Notes under the pieces: generated by a model
What the model was told of the DNA's origin: nothing
The model's input: the letters and a program-made list of their open reading frames with translations, nothing else
The model's database searches: none
In this document: positions 1 through 6,058 of the stretch, one piece after another
Numbering within the stretch: position 1 is the stretch's first letter
How the letters are laid out: each line of letters opens with the position of its first letter
Virus record (IMG/VR): IMGVR_UViG_2585427751_000007
Location: 1-6,291 of that record
Origin: a virus
Taxonomy: Duplodnaviria > Heunggongvirae > Uroviricota > Caudoviricetes
Reading direction: 5' to 3' (one strand)
DNA: 6,291 bases
Translations under genes and position numbers: made by a program

Positions 1-267
1 ATGAGGGTATCCAGACAAGCATCGAATAATTTGTTTGTTCGAGAGGGGTGTGACTGGTCTGCTAAAGCGGTATATGCAGCCCTTGAAAACAAAGGCACAG
101 ACCTCCCTGAACTGGAAAGGGAGTTAGGATTAAAAAGCGGATCAATGCGCAATGTGTTTTACCGCCAGTGCCGTAAATACGAAGCCGCCATCGCCGAAAA
201 AATAGGGGTTGAACCTGCTGTAATCTGGCCCAGCAGATACCAGGTGGACGCCAGAGAAGTGGCTTGA
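1..267 (+). CDS. ner: Ner-like DNA-binding transcriptional regulator (Mu Ner / E. coli Nlp family)
   Basis: 88-aa ORF. The C-terminal motif ...GVEPAVIWPSRYQ and the preceding DW...helix-turn-helix-like segment match phage Mu Ner and E. coli Nlp as recalled from memory. It sits directly upstream of a MuA-like transposase gene, as in the Mu early operon. The ATG is at the window edge and the ORF has a ~10 aa N-terminal extension relative to Mu Ner, so the true start is uncertain. Confidence 0.8.
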   Translation: MRVSRQASNNLFVREGCDWSAKAVYAALENKGTDLPELERELGLKSGSMRNVFYRQCRKYEAAIAEKIGVEPAVIWPSRYQVDAREVA

Positions 268-277
268 TGGGGGATGT

Positions 278-1408
278 ATGTGGGTAACAGCAAAAGAATG
301 TGTTGGTCTTCCTGATTTACCAATGATGGAACATAACATTCGCCATCGACTCACAAAAGCAGCTGCGGGAAATGCAGCCATGTTACGCAAACGTAAGGGG
401 ACAAAAGCAATCGAATTTAATATCGATTGTTTGCCTTCTGGCGCGCAACAAGTATTGCGTGAACGTTATGCCCTTCAACTGATGACGCAAAAAGCTGATG
501 AATCACCGGCTCCGGTGGTGACAAAGGCCAGACGCTCATCTGCCGTGGTTGATGCGGTGGAGGCATATCGCGGATCACCACAACTGATGCTCGAACGCCT
601 CAATGCCCTGACTGAAAACCAGCGCCAGGTGGCTGATGCACGAATCGCGATCGTCAGCGAAGTTCTGAAAGTCGCGCAACAACCTGGTTTCAGCTGTGCG
701 AAGGCTATCCGGTTTATCGTTGACAACCTGGCACGTTCGCAACTGGACGAGCGCATTGTGGCAATGGTTGAGACGGCGAACGCCAAAAAGGGAAACAGCC
801 GTGCGTTGAGTGAAATCACGCTGAAACGCTGGATTGCGGCCTTTAACAAGGCACAGAACGCCGCTGAACGCCTGCTTTTACTGGCACCGGGTAAACGCCA
901 GGAAATAAAAGCCGAAGATATTAACTGGCTGCCCGAATTTCTGGCGCAGTATCGCCAGTCAAACGGCCGACCAATGACCGAGGCTTACGAGGATTTTGTT
1001 GCTGAATGGCAGCACCGGCACGCTGATGAGCCTTATATGCTCGATATCATGCCCTCTTATGACACCATTCGCCGCGCAATGAAGAAACTGCCGGAAGTGG
1101 TGAAACAAAAAGGCCGGGTAACTGGCAGTGAATACCGTCAGCTTGAGGGATTCACGCGCCGCGACTGGTCCAGAATGCCGGTGAATTATGTCTGGATTGG
1201 TGACGGTCACGGCATGAAGCTGAAATGCGCGCACCCGGTTCACGGGCGGCCATTCGCACCGGAAGTGACCTTTGTTATCGACGGTGGCACGCGCTTTGTG
1301 GTGGGCTGGAGCCTTGATCTGGCTGAAAATGTTTTCGCTGTAGCCGGTGCCATACAGCACGGCATTCGCCATCACGGCAAACCGTTTCTGTATTACTCGG
1401 ATACCGGG
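278..1408 (+). other. MuA-like transposase portion of the chimeric ORF (enhancer/end-binding region and partial RNase-H-like DDE core; catalytically incomplete)
   Basis: Residues 1-~377 of the 533-aa ORF align by eye with the MuA N-terminal half, including two of the three DDE residues. The third acidic residue and the C-terminal domain are absent. Confidence 0.65.
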
Positions 1409-1879
1409 ATCAAAACCCGTGCGGATGCGCACGACACCCTGAAAACGCAGGTTGCCAGCCTGTCGGCAGAACTGGAAACCGCAAAAGGCACACCAACTGG
1501 CGGCACTATTGATCTGACGAAATATGTGCCCGTTGAGACGTATAACACCCTGCGTACCGAATATGCCGCGCTGTCGGCACAACACGGCAGCACCACGCTG
1601 GAGCAGTTGCTGGATAAGGCCGAGTCCGAAGGACGCATTTTCAAAAGCGAACGCGGATACATGGAAGGACTCGGACAACAGATTGGCGTCGCGGCACTTT
1701 CTGCACAGCTTGACGCCCGCCAGCCGGTTGCGGCTCTGACCACTCTTCAGACCGACACCGTAACCGTGCCGGATAAAAAGACCGCCACCGCTGTGCTGTC
1801 GGCTGAAGATATCGCCGCCGCACGTCTGTTGGGTAAAACCGAAGCCGAGTTCCTGAAAATGAAAGAGGAAATGCAATAA
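278..1879 (+). CDS. Chimeric ORF: truncated MuA-family transposase (N-terminal DNA-binding domains plus DDE core through the second Asp) fused in frame to a phage scaffold-like C-terminal domain (gpI/gpZ-like)
   Basis: The N-terminus MWVTAKECVGLPDLP...KGTKAIEFN resembles the MuA N-terminus (ELWVSPKECANLPGLP...KGGKAIEYN, from memory). The catalytic-core motifs are VWIGDGHG (Asp codon 309, nt 1202-1204) and LYYSDTG (Asp codon 375, nt 1400-1402), a spacing of 66 residues against 67 for MuA D269-D336. After that there is no MuA-like segment and no Glu in a MuA-like context. The last ~150 aa are Ala/Leu/Glu/Thr-rich and coiled-coil-like, ending ...LSAEDIAAARLLGKTEAEFLKMKEEMQ, and the stop TAA overlaps the ATG of the major head gene (TAATG at 1877-1881). 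A GGGGGA Shine-Dalgarno-like sequence lies 3 nt upstream of the start. Confidence 0.7.
   Translation: MWVTAKECVGLPDLPMMEHNIRHRLTKAAAGNAAMLRKRKGTKAIEFNIDCLPSGAQQVLRERYALQLMTQKADESPAPVVTKARRSSAVVDAVEAYRGSPQLMLERLNALTENQRQVADARIAIVSEVLKVAQQPGFSCAKAIRFIVDNLARSQLDERIVAMVETANAKKGNSRALSEITLKRWIAAFNKAQNAAERLLLLAPGKRQEIKAEDINWLPEFLAQYRQSNGRPMTEAYEDFVAEWQHRHADEPYMLDIMPSYDTIRRAMKKLPEVVKQKGRVTGSEYRQLEGFTRRDWSRMPVNYVWIGDGHGMKLKCAHPVHGRPFAPEVTFVIDGGTRFVVGWSLDLAENVFAVAGAIQHGIRHHGKPFLYYSDTGIKTRADAHDTLKTQVASLSAELETAKGTPTGGTIDLTKYVPVETYNTLRTEYAALSAQHGSTTLEQLLDKAESEGRIFKSERGYMEGLGQQIGVAALSAQLDARQPVAALTTLQTDTVTVPDKKTATAVLSAEDIAAARLLGKTEAEFLKMKEEMQ
1409..1879 (+). other. Scaffold-like C-terminal domain (Mu gpI C-terminus / gpZ-like) of the chimeric ORF
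   Basis: Low-complexity, Ala/Glu/Leu-rich sequence with predicted coiled-coil character and an acidic C-terminus, placed immediately before the major head gene with stop/start overlap. This arrangement is typical of scaffold/protease genes in Mu-like phages. Boundary is approximate (within about 20 nt). Confidence 0.55.
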
Positions 1880-2826
1880 TGCCTACCCCGATTACACCGG
1901 CGATGATCACCGCCCTGATGACGGGCTACCGTTCTGATTTTCAGGCCGGGATGTCCATGGCTCCGTCGCAGTACCAGAAAATTGCGATGACCGTGCCGTC
2001 CACCTCGAAATCCAACACCTACGGCTGGCTGGGGCAGTTCCCGCAGTTCCGTGAGTGGATCGGCTCCCGCGTCATCGAGAAGATGAAAGCCTATGGCTAC
2101 GCCATCGTGAACAAAACCTTTGAAGGCACCGTTGCCATTAGCCGCGATGACTTTGAAGACGACAATCTCGGCATCTACTCCCCGTTATTCCAGGAAATGG
2201 GTCGTGCCGCTGCGGCACAACCGGATGAACTGGTCTTTGCTGCACTGCGTGATGGTCTGAATGCGGCCTGCTATGACGGCCAGAACTTCTTTGATACCGA
2301 ACACCCTGTTTACCCCAAAGTGGATGGCTCCGGTGATGCACAGATGGTCAGCAATATGTTTGTGGCAAAAACCGGCTCTGTCGGTGCACAGGCGGATTAC
2401 AGCGGCCCGGCCTGGTATCTGCTTGACTGCTCCCGCGCGGTAAAACCGCTGATTTATCAGGATCGCCGCAAAGCCGAACTGGTTGCCCAGACAAAAGTCG
2501 ATGAAGGCCGTGCGTTTACTGATAACGAGTTTGTGTTCGGTGCTTCCGCCCGTCGCAATGTGGGCTACGGCTTCTGGCAGATGGCCTACATGATGCAGTC
2601 ACCGCTGACGCTGGATGCGCTGTGGCACGGCTGGTCAGCCATGCGTGACTTTAAGGCTGACGGTGGCCGCAAACTCGGCATCAAACCCACCCATATTGTT
2701 GTCCCCACCTCGCTGGAAAAACAGGCGGTGCAGCTGCTGGAGCGCGAGCTGTTCGCAGACGGTAACGCCACAGTCTCTAACGAGATGAAGGGCAAGCTGG
2801 AGCTGGTTGTCGCGGATTATCTGTAA
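1879..2826 (+). CDS. T: Major head (capsid) subunit, Mu gpT-like
   Basis: 315-aa ORF of the right size and position, with an N-terminus (MPTPITPAMITALMTGYRSDFQAGM...) of the kind I associate with Mu-like gpT proteins. AGAGGA Shine-Dalgarno-like sequence at 1864-1869, 9 nt upstream of the ATG. Overlaps the upstream stop. Confidence 0.85.
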   Translation: MPTPITPAMITALMTGYRSDFQAGMSMAPSQYQKIAMTVPSTSKSNTYGWLGQFPQFREWIGSRVIEKMKAYGYAIVNKTFEGTVAISRDDFEDDNLGIYSPLFQEMGRAAAAQPDELVFAALRDGLNAACYDGQNFFDTEHPVYPKVDGSGDAQMVSNMFVAKTGSVGAQADYSGPAWYLLDCSRAVKPLIYQDRRKAELVAQTKVDEGRAFTDNEFVFGASARRNVGYGFWQMAYMMQSPLTLDALWHGWSAMRDFKADGGRKLGIKPTHIVVPTSLEKQAVQLLERELFADGNATVSNEMKGKLELVVADYL

Positions 2827-2833
2827 ACGGTGA

Positions 2834-2852
2834 GCCGGGCTTACGGCCCGGC
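2834..2852 (+). terminator. GC-rich stem-loop just downstream of the major head gene (7-bp stem GCCGGGC/GCCCGGC, 5-nt loop); possible attenuator or mRNA-stabilising hairpin
   Basis: The inverted repeat at 2834-2840 and 2846-2852 is seen directly in the sequence. No U-tract follows, so it is not a canonical intrinsic terminator. Confidence 0.3.
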
Positions 2853-2869
2853 CCCTGCGGAGGGCAAAT

Positions 2870-3229
2870 ATGAATGAACATCACACTGTGGCAGCAACAG
2901 ATGATTCAGGCCTTCAGGTCAGTGGTGACAGTCCTGTCACGGTACTGGCAGAAGTGCGTTGCAGTCGTACGCATTTTCGTCGTGCGGGGTTCCTGTTCAT
3001 GCGGGGACGCCAGCAGGTTGACGTCACCCCGGAGCAGCTTGCCCGACTGGAAGCGGAGCCATGCCTCACTGTACGAATACTACAGACGCCTGGTGATGAT
3101 GCGGGAGCCGTGGCGGGTGTGGTTCATGCAGAGACCGGTGCAGATTTAGCCGAAGCCGAAACCGTACAGGATGCTCCCCGGAAAAAGACCGGCAATAACG
3201 CCAGACAGGCGAAAAAGGCGCGCGCATGA
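2870..3229 (+). CDS. Small hypothetical protein in the gp35 position of Mu-like late operons (between major head and gp36-like genes)
   Basis: 119-aa ORF with a GGAGGG Shine-Dalgarno-like sequence at 2859-2864, 5 nt upstream of the ATG. Its stop overlaps the next start (ATGA at 3226-3229), indicating translational coupling. Strongly basic C-terminal tail (RKKTGNNARQAKKARA). Function not recognised. Confidence 0.6.
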   Translation: MNEHHTVAATDDSGLQVSGDSPVTVLAEVRCSRTHFRRAGFLFMRGRQQVDVTPEQLARLEAEPCLTVRILQTPGDDAGAVAGVVHAETGADLAEAETVQDAPRKKTGNNARQAKKARA

Positions 3230-3645
3230 ATTACGCCACCGAAACCGATATGCGGGCACGTTACCGCGAGGATTTGCTCAGGCCATTACTGGCCGTGCCC
3301 CGTTCGGATGAACCGGACACGCGCAAGCTGAACCGGGCACTGACGGACGCGTCTGCCCTTATCGACAGCTATCTGTCTTCCCGTTACACGCTGCCGCTGG
3401 CGGTGGTTCCGGCGGTCCTTGTTCAGCATTGCTGCACGATTGCCTTTTATTACCTGTGCGATCAGCGGGCATCCGATCAGGCGCGTGACCGTTACCGTGA
3501 GGCGCTGGCCTGGCTGAAAGATGTCATGAACGGTAACGTGCCGGTCGGCGTGGATACAGACGGTGCGGCCCCTGAATCCGGGGATTTACCGCAGGTGCAG
3601 TCTGATGCGGCGGTGTTCGGGCGCAACCAGAAGGGCTTTATATGA
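3226..3645 (+). CDS. Mu gp36-like head-tail joining/neck protein (DUF1320 family)
   Basis: 139-aa ORF. The segment ...ALTDASALIDSYLSSRYTLPLAVVPAVLVQHCCTIAFYYLCD...YREALAWLKDV... matches the conserved pattern of the DUF1320 / Mu gp36 family as recalled. Correct size and position. ATGA overlap with the next gene. Confidence 0.8.
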   Translation: MNYATETDMRARYREDLLRPLLAVPRSDEPDTRKLNRALTDASALIDSYLSSRYTLPLAVVPAVLVQHCCTIAFYYLCDQRASDQARDRYREALAWLKDVMNGNVPVGVDTDGAAPESGDLPQVQSDAAVFGRNQKGFI

Positions 3646-4205
3646 TTACGGAAACCGAGCAGGCGTACATCGCCCGTATCCGTGAGTATTTCGGGAATGA
3701 ACTGGTGTCTGTTGACACACATCCCGGCGACTGGAGCGACAGCGTACTGCGCACCATGCTGATTAACGCCCCGGCTATCTATGTTGCCTGGCTGGGTGCC
3801 GGTGAAGGGCGTACCCGTGGGCGTCTGGTCAGTCACTGGGTGTTCTACGTCATCGGCGACATGCTCAATGGCCGTGAGGTCAGCCGTCCCGGGCTTTATC
3901 AGATTGTGGCCCGCCTGATTACCGTGCTGGACGGCTTCAGAGCAGAAAAAACCTCACCGCTTTACTTTGAAAAGGCGGTCAACGGTTACACCGAAACGCA
4001 GGCAGGCAGCGGTGCCGTGATGTACGCCCTGTATTTCTCATGCGAGGAAATGATCGACCCGCTGACGGATATCAGCTCGCTGGATGATTTCCTGCGCCAT
4101 TACGAAACCTTTACCGAACCGGAAGGCACGCCGGAATTTAAGGCACACATCCGTCTGCCTGGTGCAACTGCCGCCGGTGAAAACGCCGGACTGTCAGAGG
4201 AATAA
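3642..4205 (+). CDS. Mu gp37-like virion protein (DUF1834 family)
   Basis: 187-aa ORF of the right size and position for the gp37-like family. AAGGG Shine-Dalgarno-like sequence 6 nt upstream of the ATG. Start overlaps the upstream stop. Confidence 0.75.
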   Translation: MITETEQAYIARIREYFGNELVSVDTHPGDWSDSVLRTMLINAPAIYVAWLGAGEGRTRGRLVSHWVFYVIGDMLNGREVSRPGLYQIVARLITVLDGFRAEKTSPLYFEKAVNGYTETQAGSGAVMYALYFSCEEMIDPLTDISSLDDFLRHYETFTEPEGTPEFKAHIRLPGATAAGENAGLSEE

Positions 4206-4208
4206 CAG

Positions 4209-4487
4209 ATGACAACCATTTTTATTAAACCTGCGCCGGGATGCCTGATCCGCGATCCCGACACGATGACTCCGCTCTCTCAGGACGGGGAAGAGAAACC
4301 CTTCACTCCGTTCTGGTGCCGCCGTCTTAATGATGGCGACGTCATTGTGGTGGATAAAACGGCGGAGCCTGCCCCGGCTGCCACAACTGCTAATACCGGC
4401 GCGGCGGCAAAACCAGCGGGAGCGGTAGCAGAAAAAACTGCGGCGGTGGCTGAAAAAACCGCAGCATCAGATAAGGGGACGTCCTGA
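4209..4487 (+). CDS. Mu gp38-like small protein (DUF2635 family) with an Ala-rich repetitive C-terminal tail
   Basis: 92-aa ORF. The N-terminus MTTIFIKPAPGCLIRDPDTMTPL...FWCRRLNDGDVIVV matches the gp38-like pattern as recalled. AGAGGAA Shine-Dalgarno-like sequence at 4196-4202. Its stop overlaps the sheath start (TGATG at 4485-4489). Confidence 0.75.
   Translation: MTTIFIKPAPGCLIRDPDTMTPLSQDGEEKPFTPFWCRRLNDGDVIVVDKTAEPAPAATTANTGAAAKPAGAVAEKTAAVAEKTAASDKGTS
4422..4463 (+). repeat. Imperfect 21-bp tandem duplication (gcggtagcagaaaaaactgcg / gcggtggctgaaaaaaccgca) encoding AVAEKTA-AVAEKTA
   Basis: Direct tandem repeat seen in the sequence inside the C-terminal tail of the gp38-like ORF. Confidence 0.5.
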
Positions 4488-6058
4488 TGATTAACTTTGA
4501 TTATATCGGCGATAACAATCGCATTCCGCTGGTACAGATTGAAATCAATAATTCAATGGCCGTGACCGGCACTCCACCACAGCGTCAGGCGGTACTGTTG
4601 TTTGGTCAGGCTGCAATGAAAGACACTACCATTCAGGGGCGCGGTCAGCTTGATGTACCAGTACGTATTACCCGAGCTTCACAAGCAAGAGAACTCTGGG
4701 GGCGAGGTTCCATGATTGCACTGATGGTAGAGGAATTTATCGCCATTAACCCTGACACAGAGTTATATGCCATTGCACAGGGGGCTGGAACAGGTCAGTC
4801 CAGGGCATGCGTGATGAATATCATTGGAACAGCATTGGCAGACGGGGTGTTAAGTGTTTACATCGGCGGTCGCCGTTACCTCCTGCCCGTCAGTAAGGGG
4901 AAAAAAGGTAAAGAGCTTGTGGAAGAGCTGGCTAAGGTCATTAACGCTGACACTGATGCGCCATTCACTGCTATCGCAGCTGAAGTCAGTGGTGATAATG
5001 CTGAAGGACTTAAAGGCAGCATGGGGGTTAACGCCCGCTTTATCGGTGAATGCTCAGCTCATGATTTACGGGTGAACTATTATGACGGTGAAACTACACC
5101 GGCCGGTCTTACGCTGGAGCTCGTCGCGCCAACACAGAAGGCAACAAACCCCGATATCACCCGTAGCGTCTCAGGGATGGGGAATCGTCAGTACAACTAC
5201 ATCGTCATGCCCTATAAGGATGCGGCAAATCTCAAAATTCTGGCGGATGAACTGCTGAAACGCTGGGGACCGGTAAAAATGTCGGACGGTATGGTCTGGA
5301 TGGCGCATACCGGCACCTTCGGTACGGCAACCAGTTTTGGTGAATCCCGTAATGACTTCCTGTTTACCTGCACTTCTATTCCTAAAGCACCAGAGCCGGA
5401 TTATGTCTGGGCGGCCTCCATTTGTGCGGTCTGTGCGCCCTCCCTGTCAACGGATCCGGCCCGACCATTACAGACACTGGCGCTGCCTGCCCGTATGGCA
5501 CCTGAAGCACCGGCTCGTCTGACGCGGGAAGAGCGAAACAGCCTGCTTTATACCGGCATGTCCACGGTGACCGTTGCGGCCGCTGATGTGGTGCAGATTG
5601 AACGTCAGGTGACGATGTACCGTCAGAATGCATACGGCGAAAGCGATCCCAGCTATCTGGATGTAGAAACCATCTACACCCTGTCATATCTGCGTTATTC
5701 CCTGCGCACCTTTATCACGCAGCGTTTCCCGCGCCACAAACTGGCCGATAACGGTACTCCCGTCCGGCCCGGTCAGAATATCGTGACGCCGGAGATTATG
5801 ACGCTCCAGCTGATTGCACTGGGGGAAGAATGGGTGGAACTCGGGCTGGTCGAAAATCTGGACACCTTTAAAAAGAATCTGCTCGTGGAGCGCAACACAA
5901 AAGACCGTAACCGTCTGGATGTGATGTGTACACCGGATCTGCACGGCAGCGTGCCCTGCGTGAAATGCGCCGTGCGATTGCCCGTTCAGAACGGTTTTCT
6001 GCCACCGTGCGTGGCTGGTTCCGGGATGATGGCCGGTTATGGGATGTCAATCTGCTGA
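4487..6058 (+). CDS. L: Contractile tail sheath protein (Mu gpL-like); the C-terminal ~38 codons look like out-of-frame read-through into a neighbouring gene fragment
   Basis: 523-aa ORF of sheath size and position, sheath-like through ...NLLVERNTKDRNRLDVMCTPDL. AAGGGGA Shine-Dalgarno-like sequence at 4473-4479. The final segment HGSVPCVKCAVRLPVQNGFLPPCVAGSGMMAGYGMSIC is Cys/Pro/Gly-rich and atypical, while the -1 frame over the same DNA gives a well-formed protein sequence. Confidence 0.8.
   Translation: MINFDYIGDNNRIPLVQIEINNSMAVTGTPPQRQAVLLFGQAAMKDTTIQGRGQLDVPVRITRASQARELWGRGSMIALMVEEFIAINPDTELYAIAQGAGTGQSRACVMNIIGTALADGVLSVYIGGRRYLLPVSKGKKGKELVEELAKVINADTDAPFTAIAAEVSGDNAEGLKGSMGVNARFIGECSAHDLRVNYYDGETTPAGLTLELVAPTQKATNPDITRSVSGMGNRQYNYIVMPYKDAANLKILADELLKRWGPVKMSDGMVWMAHTGTFGTATSFGESRNDFLFTCTSIPKAPEPDYVWAASICAVCAPSLSTDPARPLQTLALPARMAPEAPARLTREERNSLLYTGMSTVTVAAADVVQIERQVTMYRQNAYGESDPSYLDVETIYTLSYLRYSLRTFITQRFPRHKLADNGTPVRPGQNIVTPEIMTLQLIALGEEWVELGLVENLDTFKKNLLVERNTKDRNRLDVMCTPDLHGSVPCVKCAVRLPVQNGFLPPCVAGSGMMAGYGMSIC

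Noticed and set aside
142-390. 82-aa minus-strand ORF spanning the ner-A junction
   Set aside because: Antisense to two homology-supported genes and no independent support.
959-1876. 305-aa ORF on the minus strand
   Set aside because: It is entirely antisense to the well-supported transposase/scaffold ORF, has no recognisable features, and long antisense ORFs are expected in GC-rich coding DNA.
278-1879. Possibility that the 533-aa ORF is an intact, functional MuA-type transposase
   Set aside because: Intact MuA-family proteins are ~660 aa as recalled, with a third catalytic acidic residue about 56 residues after the second Asp and a C-terminal domain. Here the sequence after the second Asp is low-complexity coiled-coil-like with no comparable core segment.
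1393-1910. Minus-strand ORFs of 116 aa (1393-1743) and 89 aa (1641-1910), and the 71-aa + strand ORF (1524-1739)
   Set aside because: All are nested in or antisense to the scaffold-like region and have Arg/Ser/Pro/Cys-rich composition typical of spurious frames in GC-rich DNA.
2138-2795. Short ORFs inside the major head gene (2138-2341 -, 2261-2443 +, 2586-2795 -)
   Set aside because: They overlap a high-confidence structural gene and have no start signals or recognisable motifs.
2874-3149. 91-aa + strand ORF in an alternative frame overlapping the gp35-position gene
   Set aside because: The 2870-3229 frame has the Shine-Dalgarno sequence at the correct spacing and a coupled ATGA overlap with the next gene. 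The alternative frame encodes a Cys/Arg/Trp-rich sequence typical of an out-of-frame translation.
3492-3836. 114-aa minus-strand ORF
   Set aside because: Antisense to the gp36-like/gp37-like junction and no supporting signals.
4854-5944. Short ORFs inside the sheath gene on both strands (4854-5075 +, 5337-5522 +, 5382-5687 -, 5684-5944 -), plus 5868-6050 -
   Set aside because: All are nested within or antisense to the sheath gene and appear spurious.
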